Part shown: piece after piece, positions 1-8,604 of the stretch
How the letters are laid out: each line of letters begins with the position of its first letter
Numbering within the stretch: position 1 is the stretch's first letter
NCBI GenBank assembly: GCA_035541435.1
Contig: DATKNL010000010.1
Location: forward strand, 94,477-158,476
Direction: 5' to 3'
Source: Minisyncoccota bacterium
GTDB taxonomy: Bacteria > Patescibacteriota > Minisyncoccia > UBA6257 > 2-01-FULL-56-20
Length of the DNA stretch: 64,000 nucleotides
Translations under genes and position numbers: made by a program
Notes under the pieces: generated by a model
What the model was told of the DNA's origin: nothing
Databases searched by the model: none
What the model saw: the letters and a program-made list of their open reading frames with translations, nothing else

Positions 1-1336
1 ATTCCGCGGGAGTCATTTTTGCATTCGTTTTCCGTTTCGAAAACCGAGCACGTTGGATTTCCCTGCCTCGCTTTACCTCGGAACGAAGCGTTTCAGTTTC
101 GGAGCGGCGCACGTCAGCGTCTCGGCTTCGTAACATTTCCAAAGAAACCCTTCCGACTGCGATCCGCATGTCGATTCGATCCAAGAGCGGTCCAGAAATC
201 CTTTTTTGATATTTCACGACTTCATAAGCCGTGCACGAGCATGACCGTTCCTTGTCGCCGTAATACCCGCAGGGACAAGGATTCATCGCGGCGATCAGCA
301 TGAAGCCTGCCGGGAACGCGATCCTTCTTCTTGAACGCACGACCTCCATCCGCCCCGCGTCGAGCGGCTGGCGAAGCGCCTCGATTACTCCCCTGCGGAA
401 CTCCGGCAGTTCGTCGATAAAGAGGATGCCCCGATGGGCCAGGCTTATCTCCCCCGGTTTGGGATCCTGTCCCCCGCCGATGAGTGCGACTTGGGAAATC
501 GTATGGTGTGGCGCGCGGAATGGCAGCGATGCGATCAGGCCGTTCGGCTTGAGTCCCGCAGCGCTCCAGATTTTCGTTATCTCGATCGAATCCTCGATGG
601 TCGGCTCAGGCAGGATGCCGACGCAGGCGCTTGCGAGAAGACTTTTCCCAACGCCGGGCGGTCCGATTAGGCAAATGTTATGTTCTCCAGTCAGGGCAAC
701 GAGAAGCGCGCGCTTCGCCGTTTCCTGCCCCTTGACCTCCGAAAAGTCTGGAGCCGTACGGCTGATGAATTTTTTCTTTGTGCGGACTTCTTTCTCGGGT
801 GTTGGTGGCCAGGAATTGATGGCGTCGATTGCCTCGCGGAGTGTTTCTAAAGGTATGACCGTCAATCCTGCGATGACCGAAGCTTCGGCTGCGTTTTCTG
901 AAGGAAGAAAGAGATATTTGAAACGCTCCTTTGCGGCCCGTTCAGCGATGTTAAGGGCGCCCGAAACTCCCCTTAACCGGCCATCAAGCGCCAATTCGCC
1001 TATGAATACGGACGTCCTTTCGTCGAATTTCTTAATTTGGTTTGTTGCCGCTAAATAACCTATGGCAATCGCCAGATCATATTGTGAGCCAGTCTTTCGA
1101 AAGTCAGCCGGCGCCAAATTTATTATTATTTTTCGATTTTCTTGATTTGGGGATTTTATTCCTGTGTTTCTGATGGCGGAATTTACCCGCTCCTTCGCCT
1201 CGTTCAGCGACTTATCGGCAAGACCGACAATTGAAAAATCATGAAGGCCGACATGAACGTCGGCCTCCACCTCGATGATTCTTGCCTCTACCCCTTCTAA
1301 TTCAGCAGAAAAGATCCTCGAAGGCTTTCTAGCCAT
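1..1336 (-). CDS. YifB/ComM-family Mg-chelatase-like AAA+ ATPase (3' end runs off window)
   Basis: Manual translation from ATG at 1336: MARKPSRIFSAELEGVEARIIEVEAD..IVGLADK..EAKERV..INLAPADFRKTGSQYDLAIA..FIGELALDG..YQKRISGPLLDRID; these are ChlI/YifB motifs. Absent from the ORF track because no stop lies in the window. Confidence 0.9.
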   Translation of the reverse strand, partial: MARKPSRIFSAELEGVEARIIEVEADVHVGLHDFSIVGLADKSLNEAKERVNSAIRNTGIKSPNQENRKIIINLAPADFRKTGSQYDLAIAIGYLAATNQIKKFDERTSVFIGELALDGRLRGVSGALNIAERAAKERFKYLFLPSENAAEASVIAGLTVIPLETLREAIDAINSWPPTPEKEVRTKKKFISRTAPDFSEVKGQETAKRALLVALTGEHNICLIGPPGVGKSLLASACVGILPEPTIEDSIEITKIWSAAGLKPNGLIASLPFRAPHHTISQVALIGGGQDPKPGEISLAHRGILFIDELPEFRRGVIEALRQPLDAGRMEVVRSRRRIAFPAGFMLIAAMNPCPCGYYGDKERSCSCTAYEVVKYQKRISGPLLDRIDMRIAVGRVSLEMLRSRDADVRRSETETLRSEVKRGREIQRARFSKRKTNAKMTPAE

Positions 1337-1380
1337 TCGTTATGTTTAACAGAATGGCCATTAAATAATTATTAAATGAC

Positions 1381-1713
1381 TTACTTGCCTTGCTTATCGT
1401 TTATGCAAAACCGAGATTCCGGGTCTATTTCCAATATGGCCGCTTCAATTGATTTCCCGCATTTTTCACAAATTCCATAAACCCCCTTCGATATCTTATC
1501 CAAAGCCGAAGTTATATCAGAAAGGCGCTTTTTAAGATCTTCGGTTATGGCCATTTGATTGCCAACCTCTTCCGATATATCGGACTCTTCTTCGAAGCGG
1601 ACAACATCGACACCAAGGTCGACGGGTTTTTCATTCCTTTTTATTTCTTCAAGGATCATCACTCGCTCTTTTTCAAGCTTGCTTTTATATTCGCTTAATT
1701 TTTCATTTGTCAT
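1381..1713 (-). CDS. TraR/DksA-type zinc-finger protein
   Basis: Coiled coil then ALDKISKGVYGICEKCGKSIEAAILEIDPESRFCIND. Start placed at MTNEKL because the longer ORF reads through non-coding repeats. Confidence 0.8.
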   Translation of the reverse strand: MTNEKLSEYKSKLEKERVMILEEIKRNEKPVDLGVDVVRFEEESDISEEVGNQMAITEDLKKRLSDITSALDKISKGVYGICEKCGKSIEAAILEIDPESRFCINDKQGK

Positions 1714-1750
1714 AATTGACACCATAAGATAAAAATTTTTATGCGTCAAA

Positions 1751-1806
1751 TCCGGCAAATTATGACAATATTCCGGCAAAAAATCCGGCAAAAATATTCC
1801 GGCAAA
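1751..1806. repeat. Four direct copies of TCCGGCAAA
   Basis: Copies start at 1751, 1772, 1784 and 1798 in an AT-rich intergenic region. Confidence 0.8.
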
Positions 1807-1904
1807 CTTCATTAAAAAATCATTAAAATTGCCGAATTAAAAATCATAAAAATATCCAATAAACATAGATTTTCTCTAGTGATAAACAAAAATGTTTTTC
1901 AGAA

Positions 1905-2167
1905 TGTTTGTCGCTAAACAACCCATAATTCATTTTCCGATGTTTAGCGCTAAACATCCATTAATTCATTTAAAATTGTTTAGCGTGAAACATTTATAAA
2001 ATAATTAGCGAATGTTTGTCGCTAAACAACCAATAATTCATTTTAGGATGTTTGTCGCTAAACATCCTAAAAATCATTTATAGAAACAGATGAAACTGAA
2101 AAACAATTTCAGAATGTTTGTCGCTAAACATCCCATAATTCATTTTTGGAGTGTTTAGCGCTAAACA
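1905..2167. repeat. Array of seven 16-bp parS-like palindromes (TGTTT[AG/GT]CGCTAAACA) with ~36-bp period
   Basis: Copies at 1905, 1941, 1977, 2013, 2049, 2115 and 2152. TGTTTAGCGCTAAACA is a perfect palindrome. Most linkers share an ATAATTCATTT-like core. Confidence 0.9.
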
Positions 2168-2182
2168 TCAATTAATTCATTT

Positions 2183-2560
2183 ATGGAAAATAGGAAACTG
2201 GGACGACTCGGAGAAGAGATTGCTTTAAGATATCTCTTAAAAACGAAGCACGTCATCATTGAAAGAAACTTCAAGAAGAAATTTGGCGAGATAGACATAA
2301 TAGCTCGATCCATTGATGGGATGCTCATTTTTTGCGAAGTGAAGACCATGGCTTTCGGTGACTCTGCTCAGATGAACATATTTAAGCCGAGCGATCGCAT
2401 CAACTTCAAAAAGATTCAACACATGAGACGGATGGCCCGCTTTTATTCATTAAAGAATTCAAGCCTGGTTTTCGACATCGGTTGGCGCATTGACGCGATT
2501 TCGGTTTTTATAAAGAGCGAGCACAAAGCAGACGTCGTGCACTTCAAAAACATCGCTTGA
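2183..2560 (+). CDS. YraN family (UPF0102) endonuclease-like protein
   Basis: LGRLGEEIA..IIERNF..FGEIDIIA..FCEVKT..WRIDAI motifs; next to a YifB gene as is common. Confidence 0.9.
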   Translation: MENRKLGRLGEEIALRYLLKTKHVIIERNFKKKFGEIDIIARSIDGMLIFCEVKTMAFGDSAQMNIFKPSDRINFKKIQHMRRMARFYSLKNSSLVFDIGWRIDAISVFIKSEHKADVVHFKNIA

Positions 2561-2627
2561 CACCTTTCTTGTTGTTCTATAGTATTAGGGTAATGACCGC
2601 TTCGAAGCGGCCTTTTTTACAAAAACA

Positions 2628-3854
2628 ATGTTAAACATCAAAGAACTATCAAAAGCGCTGCGACAAGTTTCCGAAGAGAAAGGACTCGAACCGGAGAAGG
2701 TTTTGGAGGTCATCGAGTCGTCGATCGCCGCTGCGTACAAAAAGGAATACGGAGAGCGGGGAGAGGTGGTGAAGTGCAGCATCGATCAGAAGACCGGAGA
2801 GCTTCACTTCTGGCAGATCAAGAAAGTGGTTGATGAGACGACGGTTCGATTCGTCGAAGAAGGCGAGGAAGGGGTTGAGACCGAGAAGAACGAAGCGGCG
2901 GAAAGCGAAGAGCCGAAGCTTCCGCGATTCAACGCGGAGCGAGACATCATGATTGAGGAAGCTCGGAAGACGAAGAAGGATGTCGAGCTCGGCGATGAGC
3001 TTTCGTTTCCGCTCGAGACGCACGAGGATTTTGGACGCATCGCCGCACAGACGGCCAAGCAGGTCATTCTGCAGAAGCTTCGCGAATCGGAGCGGGATTC
3101 GATTCTGAACGAGTGGCGGGGTCGTGAGGGGCAGATCGTGAGCGGCGTCGTGCAGCGCTTTGAACGGGGAAACATCTTCATCGATCTCGGCCGCACCATC
3201 GGCGTGATGTTCGCGAACGAATCGATCCCGGGCGAGCACTACCGCTCAGGGGAGCGGTTGCGATTCCTGGTTCTTGCCGTCCAAGAGGATACGCGCTTGC
3301 CTGGCATCATCCTCTCCCGGTCCCATCCTAAATTTGTCGTGGAGCTGTTCCGCATGGAGGTTCCCGAACTGATGGAAGACGCAATCGAGGTGAAGTCGAT
3401 CGCCCGCGAGCCCGGCAATCGAACCAAGATCGCCGCGGCTTCGAAGGCCGAAGGCGTTGATCCTGTCGGCGCTCTCGTCGGCCAGCGGGGAACACGCGTC
3501 ATGGCGGTGAACAACGAGCTCGGCAATGAGAAGATCGACATCGTCGAATGGTCCGAGGAGCCCGAGAAGTTCATCGCGAACGCGCTTTCGCCGGCGAAGG
3601 TTGACGGCGTTGAGATCATGCCGCGCCGAGAGGCGAGGGCATTCGTCCCCGAGAACCAACTGAGTTTGGCGATCGGCAAAGGAGGCCAGAACGTTCGGCT
3701 CGCCGCGAAGCTTACCGGATGGAAGATCGACGTGCGGTCGCAGACTGATCCTGAATCGGTTCAGGAAGGGGGAATCGCGGGCTTGACAGATGAGGCTGAT
3801 TCTGGTCAAATACCGCCTCAGGAAGACGGTGAGCGCGAGGACATTGCATTATAA
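2628..3854 (+). CDS. nusA: Transcription termination/antitermination factor NusA
   Basis: FGRIAAQTAKQVI, S1 domain, AREPGNRTKIA, LAIGKGGQNVRLAAKLTGWKIDV. Confidence 0.97.
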   Translation: MLNIKELSKALRQVSEEKGLEPEKVLEVIESSIAAAYKKEYGERGEVVKCSIDQKTGELHFWQIKKVVDETTVRFVEEGEEGVETEKNEAAESEEPKLPRFNAERDIMIEEARKTKKDVELGDELSFPLETHEDFGRIAAQTAKQVILQKLRESERDSILNEWRGREGQIVSGVVQRFERGNIFIDLGRTIGVMFANESIPGEHYRSGERLRFLVLAVQEDTRLPGIILSRSHPKFVVELFRMEVPELMEDAIEVKSIAREPGNRTKIAAASKAEGVDPVGALVGQRGTRVMAVNNELGNEKIDIVEWSEEPEKFIANALSPAKVDGVEIMPRREARAFVPENQLSLAIGKGGQNVRLAAKLTGWKIDVRSQTDPESVQEGGIAGLTDEADSGQIPPQEDGEREDIAL

Positions 3855-3885
3855 GACGGCCAATCTACAATCAATCAATACGAAC

Positions 3886-4425
3886 ATGCATAACAATCCC
3901 TGGGAACTGATACCGATCGGTGAGAAGGCGCCGGACGTGGTGAATGTTGTTATCGAAATCCCGAAAGGGAGTAATAACAAGTATGAGTTCGACGAAGAGC
4001 TCGGCGTCATCAAGCTTGATCGAGTTCTCTATTCGCCGTTTCATTATCCGCTTGATTACGGGTTCATCCCTGCCACGCGATCCGAAGACGGCGATCATCT
4101 TGATGCGCTGGTGATCGGGAGCGATCCGCTGCCGGTCGGATGCCTTGTCGCAGTCCGGCCGATCGGCATGCTGAAGATGATCGATTCGGGCGATCCCGAT
4201 GCGAAAATCCTTGCGGTGCAGGATAAGAATCCGCGGTTCGACAAGATCAAGAGCATCAAGGACATCGAAGCATTCACCCCGCATCTTCTGAAGGAGGTAG
4301 CCCACTTTTTCGAGCGGTACAAGGATCTTCAGGGTAAGAAGGTCGAAATTCAGGGATGGGACGACGTCGCAGCGGCGAAAGCCGAAATTAAAAAGGCCGA
4401 AGATGTTTATACAAAAGAGCACTAG
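3886..4425 (+). CDS. ppa: Family I inorganic pyrophosphatase
   Basis: [39 protein letters not shown]; start at MHNNPW. Confidence 0.95.
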   Translation: MHNNPWELIPIGEKAPDVVNVVIEIPKGSNNKYEFDEELGVIKLDRVLYSPFHYPLDYGFIPATRSEDGDHLDALVIGSDPLPVGCLVAVRPIGMLKMIDSGDPDAKILAVQDKNPRFDKIKSIKDIEAFTPHLLKEVAHFFERYKDLQGKKVEIQGWDDVAAAKAEIKKAEDVYTKEH

Positions 4426-4435
4426 AACCAAATCC

Positions 4436-5035
4436 ATGGAATACGAAAACCAATATCTCATTCCCACGGTCATCGAGAAGTCGCAATATGGCGAGCGGGC
4501 CTATGACATCTATTCGCGTCTCCTCAAGGAACGCATCATCTTTCTCGGCGGGCCGGTTACGGATGCGGTGGCGAACACCGTGATCGCCCAGCTCCTTTTC
4601 CTCGATCACGAGGATCAGAAGAAGGACATCCTCCTCTATATTAATAGCCCGGGCGGCTCGGTCACGGCGGGTATGGCCATCTATGACACCATGCAGTTCG
4701 TGAAGGCGGACGTCTCGACGATTTCGATCGGCGTCGCCGCGTCGATGGGGGCATTCCTGCTTGCGGCCGGGAAGAAGGGCAAGCGGTTGGCCTTGCCGAA
4801 TTCGGAGATCCTGCTTCACCAGGTCGCCGTCGATTCGATCGGGGGACAGGCGACCGAGATCGAAATCTCGGCCCGGCAGATCCTGAAGACCAAGCAGCGG
4901 CTGAATCAGATCCTCGCGAAGCACACCGGGCAGACGCTTGCGAAGATCGAGCGCGATACCGAGCGCGACTTCTGGCTTTCCGCCGACGAAGCGAAATCTT
5001 ACGGCGTGATCGACGAGATCATCAAGAAGCTCTAA
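4436..5035 (+). CDS. clpP: ATP-dependent Clp protease proteolytic subunit
   Basis: [36 protein letters not shown]. Confidence 0.97.
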   Translation: MEYENQYLIPTVIEKSQYGERAYDIYSRLLKERIIFLGGPVTDAVANTVIAQLLFLDHEDQKKDILLYINSPGGSVTAGMAIYDTMQFVKADVSTISIGVAASMGAFLLAAGKKGKRLALPNSEILLHQVAVDSIGGQATEIEISARQILKTKQRLNQILAKHTGQTLAKIERDTERDFWLSADEAKSYGVIDEIIKKL

Positions 5036-5054
5036 GCGCCGCGAGAAATGGGAG

Positions 5055-5085
5055 AGGCCTCGACGATGGTCGTCGAGGCCTTTTT
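5055..5085 (+). terminator. Intrinsic terminator after clpP
   Basis: AGGCCTCGACGA-TGG-TCGTCGAGGCCT followed by a T run. Confidence 0.8.
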
Positions 5086-5381
5086 CACATTCGTTTGCAG
5101 GGTCTCACCGTGGTGTTGTCGATGAAGTAGTGGGCGGGGCACGTGTCCGAACCGCACACGACCGGAAAGAGCCCGGCAATCTGTTTTTTCCTGACGAGTC
5201 CGAGCATGCCGCATTCAGGACATGCAAGAACCGCCCAATACGGATCATCTTCCGTCTCCTGCCTCCCGGCATTCTCAAGGACGTAAACGCTGCCAGGCGA
5301 CATCAGTTCAGGCGTCCAATCGCCTACCTCGGTCAATTCGGTCACCATCGTCACCTCCGGGTCTTGCGGATCTACCTTCAT
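5085..5381 (-). CDS. Small putative Zn-binding protein (CxxC...CxxH; resembles DUF6527)
   Basis: WAVLACPECG...CGSDTCPAHYFI; GAGGGG precedes the ATG at 5381. Confidence 0.6.
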   Translation of the reverse strand: MKVDPQDPEVTMVTELTEVGDWTPELMSPGSVYVLENAGRQETEDDPYWAVLACPECGMLGLVRKKQIAGLFPVVCGSDTCPAHYFIDNTTVRPCKRM

Positions 5382-5413
5382 GCTACCCCTCAAATCGTGG
5401 TAGAATCAAGCCA

Positions 5414-6595
5414 ATGACGCGCGAGGATGCTGTAAAAAACCTGCTTTCGAGGAACGTCGAAGAGGTCATCGAAGAGGGCCATCTTCGGGCTGCCATGAAT
5501 GGCACGAAGAAACTTCGGGTCAAACACGGCATCGATCCTACGGGTCCGAAAATCCACATTGGCCGTGCCGTCGTCCTTTGGAAGCTGCGTGAATTTCAGG
5601 ATTTGGGGCACAAGATCGTCCTGGTCATCGGTGACTTCACGGCGCAAATAGGGGATCCGTCGGACAAGCTTGAGAAGCGCCCGTTCCTTTCCCACGAGCA
5701 GGTCAGGAAGAACCTCAAGGGATATCTTGATCAGGTCGGCCTGATCCTCGACATGAAGAAGGTCGAGGTCCGCTATAACAGCGAATGGCTCAAGAAGCTG
5801 GACTTCCAGCAGATTTCACAGCTCGCAGAAACCTTCAGCGTCCGGCAGATGATCGAGCGGAAGAATTTCAAAGGGCGTTGGGAGAATCACGAAGAAATAA
5901 GCCTTCGCGAATTCCTCTATCCGCTCATGCAGGGTTACGATTCGGTCGCCATCAAGGCCGACCTTGAACTTGGCGGTACGGATCAGCTTTTCAACATGCT
6001 TGCGGGCCGAAGGATCCAGGAGTATTACGGCCAAAAGCCGCAGGACGTCATGACGACCAAGATGGTGATCGGCCTCGACGGACGGAAGATGTCGACGAGC
6101 TGGGGGAACGTCGTGAACGTGAGCGACGCCCCCGATGAGCAGTTCGGAAGGCTCATGTCGCTGAACGATGATCTCATCGCCGAATATTTCGAGACGGTTA
6201 CCGGCGCAGCCATGAGCGATGTCGCGGCGGTACGAAAGGCGCTTTCAGCCGGCAGGAACCCGCGCGATCTTAAAATCGAGCTGGCCTCGAGCGTCGTCGA
6301 ACGCTATCACGGCGCAGCTGCCGCGTCTTCGGCCCGGGAAAAATTCGAAAAACTTTTTTCCAAAAAGGAAGTACCGGCGGATGTTCCCGAGCTGAAACTG
6401 AAAAAGGGTGCCATGACGGCCCTCGATCTCGTTGTCGCCGCGGGCGCGAAAAGCAAAAGCGAGGGACGGCGCCTTATCGAACAGGGAGCATTCGATTTCA
6501 ACGGAAAGACCGAAAAGGATCCCGGAGCCACGCTTGTCCTCAAGGGTGGAGAACTCATAAAGCTTGGAAAACATAGGTTTTTCAAGGTCAGATAG
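5414..6595 (+). CDS. tyrS: Tyrosine--tRNA ligase
   Basis: GIDPTGPKIHIG (HIGH-like), YPLMQGYD, ELGGTDQLFN, KMSTS, C-terminal S4 domain. Confidence 0.97.
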   Translation: MTREDAVKNLLSRNVEEVIEEGHLRAAMNGTKKLRVKHGIDPTGPKIHIGRAVVLWKLREFQDLGHKIVLVIGDFTAQIGDPSDKLEKRPFLSHEQVRKNLKGYLDQVGLILDMKKVEVRYNSEWLKKLDFQQISQLAETFSVRQMIERKNFKGRWENHEEISLREFLYPLMQGYDSVAIKADLELGGTDQLFNMLAGRRIQEYYGQKPQDVMTTKMVIGLDGRKMSTSWGNVVNVSDAPDEQFGRLMSLNDDLIAEYFETVTGAAMSDVAAVRKALSAGRNPRDLKIELASSVVERYHGAAAASSAREKFEKLFSKKEVPADVPELKLKKGAMTALDLVVAAGAKSKSEGRRLIEQGAFDFNGKTEKDPGATLVLKGGELIKLGKHRFFKVR

Positions 6596-6609
6596 GGGAC
6601 TATCACAGA

Positions 6610-6618
6610 TTATCCACA
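6610..6618 (+). promoter_or_regulatory. Perfect DnaA-box sequence TTATCCACA upstream of a sigma70-like promoter
   Basis: Exact 9-mer; extended -10 TGGTAAGAT at 6645-6653. Confidence 0.5.
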
Positions 6619-6849
6619 GATAGTGCTTGTGTTATCCCGAGCGGTGGTAAGATTAATACAGATTCATTAAAAGCATCCATATCCTCAGCAACCGCTCCCG
6701 GTGAGCGGCACATAAAACATTATCCCTTCTGTTTTCTGCGCAGAGCGCAGTATCGGTCATCATCCTCACATCAGGGTCCACCAATCGGCGGACCCTTTAT
6801 TTTTCTTTGCAATTTTTTGAACAAGGGAGTATAACAGGAGGCAGTTCGC

Positions 6850-7572
6850 TTGATATCGGAGAGGAGGAAGGGATTGGACTTCGCAAAACTTGAAGAAGCG
6901 TACCGACCATTTCGGGAAGAGCTTATCAAAAGGAATTTTTTCGAACAAGGGGTCGAGGAAACGTTCGCGGCTATCCGCGGTTTCCGTCTGATACGGCCTA
7001 AATCAAGAAGCTATCAGGAGCCGGGCGAAATGTGCTTCGTCTATGTTCCGCCGCTGAAGCAGATCGTCGAAGGCAATGATTATCGGGTGGTGGTTTGTTC
7101 GACGAAGCGCCGCGAAGGATGGGTTGGCAAGGATTCTGCGTGGGTGATCATCGTCGATCGTTCGGGAGAGAAACTCTATTCGAAAGGCCCGTTCGTCCGA
7201 CGAAGCCCTGCGGTGTTTGACCGCGTTCTTAAAGAGGCGAAGGTCGCCCGGTGGCGGGTGTACTATCGTCCAAACGAATGCCCGAAGGGCTGTCGGGCTC
7301 CCATGCTGCTTGTTCATGAGATCGGTCGGCTCAAATCCCAGTATTGGCGATGCGCCGTCTGTCCGAATGATCGCAGCCATAACCGACGTTTCGATGACAT
7401 CAGGAAGCCGCTTCCGCCCGACGTCATGGAGGAGCGGTTGCGTGGGCGAAGGCAGCGATCTAAGGAGCGCAAGAAGATGCGGGAGGCCGGGAAGGATCCA
7501 TTCGCCGCTTTCAAATTGCGGATGCGGCATCCTTGGAAGAAGGTGCCGATCGATACCCCGCTCCTCTTTTAG
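6850..7572 (+). CDS. Hypothetical basic protein with C-terminal Zn ribbon
   Basis: 240-aa ORF, TTG start, CPKGC...WRCAVC; promoter TTGCAA-17-TATAAC at 6807-6835; hairpin after the stop. Confidence 0.7.
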   Translation: MISERRKGLDFAKLEEAYRPFREELIKRNFFEQGVEETFAAIRGFRLIRPKSRSYQEPGEMCFVYVPPLKQIVEGNDYRVVVCSTKRREGWVGKDSAWVIIVDRSGEKLYSKGPFVRRSPAVFDRVLKEAKVARWRVYYRPNECPKGCRAPMLLVHEIGRLKSQYWRCAVCPNDRSHNRRFDDIRKPLPPDVMEERLRGRRQRSKERKKMREAGKDPFAAFKLRMRHPWKKVPIDTPLLF

Positions 7573-7606
7573 CGGAAGTTTTCATAGGGATGCCCGCGGG
7601 CGTCCC

Positions 7607-8440
7607 TTATTTTATTTCTTTCGGATAGCCGTAATTCGGTTCAAGGCCCTGCGAGCGCAGCAGCGCGAGGTTCTCGTCGTCCATGTCCTTCAGCCATCGG
7701 ACGTCCACGCCCATCTTCTCGCCAAGCGCGATCAGCGTGCGCACGTCCTTCGGGAAGCATGTGCCGTTATAGCCGCGGAATCCTTCGTACATGACCTCGA
7801 GCCCGTAATGCCCGATCCGCGGGTCGGCGCCGATCAGCGCTTTGATCTCGTCATAATCGACTTCCAGCGCCTGTGCGAAATCATAGACTTTGTTCGCGAT
7901 GGCGACCTTCGATGCGAGGATCGTGTTCGATGCGAACTTCACAAGCTCGGCTTCGCGCGCCGGAACGATTTTCACATATTCGCGCGGCGCGGTTGGCAAC
8001 AGGTCGAGGATTTCCTGGGCGACCGATTCGCTTTTCGCCGTGGTCCCGATGAGTTGGCGCGGGGGATTGATGAAGTCCTCATAGGCCGTGGCGGCACGCA
8101 GGAATTCGGGATTGAAAAGGACGGCGTGCTGCGGAAATTTTTTCTGAAACGAATCGGTCGTTCCCGGCGGAATCGTCGATCGCAGGACGACGACCTTCTC
8201 GCTGTTCAGGATCGAAACGGCGGATTCGACATACGAGAGGTCGGTGAAGCCGGTCTTGGTGTCGAACGGCGTATTCACGCAGACGAAGACGATGTCGGCG
8301 CGGTTCACCTCGCCGGGCGAGCCGACGCCTTTCTTATCGTAGCGGAGGGTCTCGATGCCGTTGTCCCGGAAGTACCGGTCGACCGAACCGCCCAGGAATC
8401 CGAGCCCGATGACGCCTATTTTTTTCTGCGTTTTGATCAT
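7607..8440 (-). CDS. UDP-glucose/GDP-mannose dehydrogenase family protein (short form)
   Basis: IGVIGLGFLG, CVNTP, RSTIPPGT, FNPEFLR, AELVK, GYNGTCFPKD. The longer ORF start reads through the tRNA-Gly. Confidence 0.9.
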   Translation of the reverse strand: MIKTQKKIGVIGLGFLGGSVDRYFRDNGIETLRYDKKGVGSPGEVNRADIVFVCVNTPFDTKTGFTDLSYVESAVSILNSEKVVVLRSTIPPGTTDSFQKKFPQHAVLFNPEFLRAATAYEDFINPPRQLIGTTAKSESVAQEILDLLPTAPREYVKIVPAREAELVKFASNTILASKVAIANKVYDFAQALEVDYDEIKALIGADPRIGHYGLEVMYEGFRGYNGTCFPKDVRTLIALGEKMGVDVRWLKDMDDENLALLRSQGLEPNYGYPKEIK

Positions 8441-8441
8441 G

Positions 8442-8513
8442 AGCGGGTAACGGGAGTCGGACCCGTGTCTGCTCCTTGGAAGGGAGCCATAATAGCCGTT
8501 ATACGATACCCGC
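8442..8513 (-). tRNA. tRNA-Gly(TCC)
   Basis: GCGGGTA/TACCCGC acceptor, GCTCC-CTTCCAA-GGAGC anticodon arm, ACGGG-TCCGACT-CCCGT T-arm. Confidence 0.9.
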
Positions 8514-8604
8514 GTTTGTGTTCCATTGTATATGGTTTGCGGGCGCTTCTCAAGCGGTGAATCCTTGATTTTTAAGGCCACTTTTGCTAGAAATAGGGTA
8601 TTCA

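Noticed and set aside
1904-2000. 12-aa repeat peptide (MFVAKQPIIHFP...)
   Set aside because: The frame stops after three units and the later spacings (66, 37 bp) do not preserve it; palindromy explains the conservation.
1905-2167. CRISPR array
   Set aside because: The repeat is only 16 bp, the 20-bp linkers resemble each other, and there are no cas genes in the window.
6600-6660. oriC at the DnaA box
   Set aside because: Only one perfect box here (another lone box at 15355); no cluster, unwinding element or dnaA nearby.
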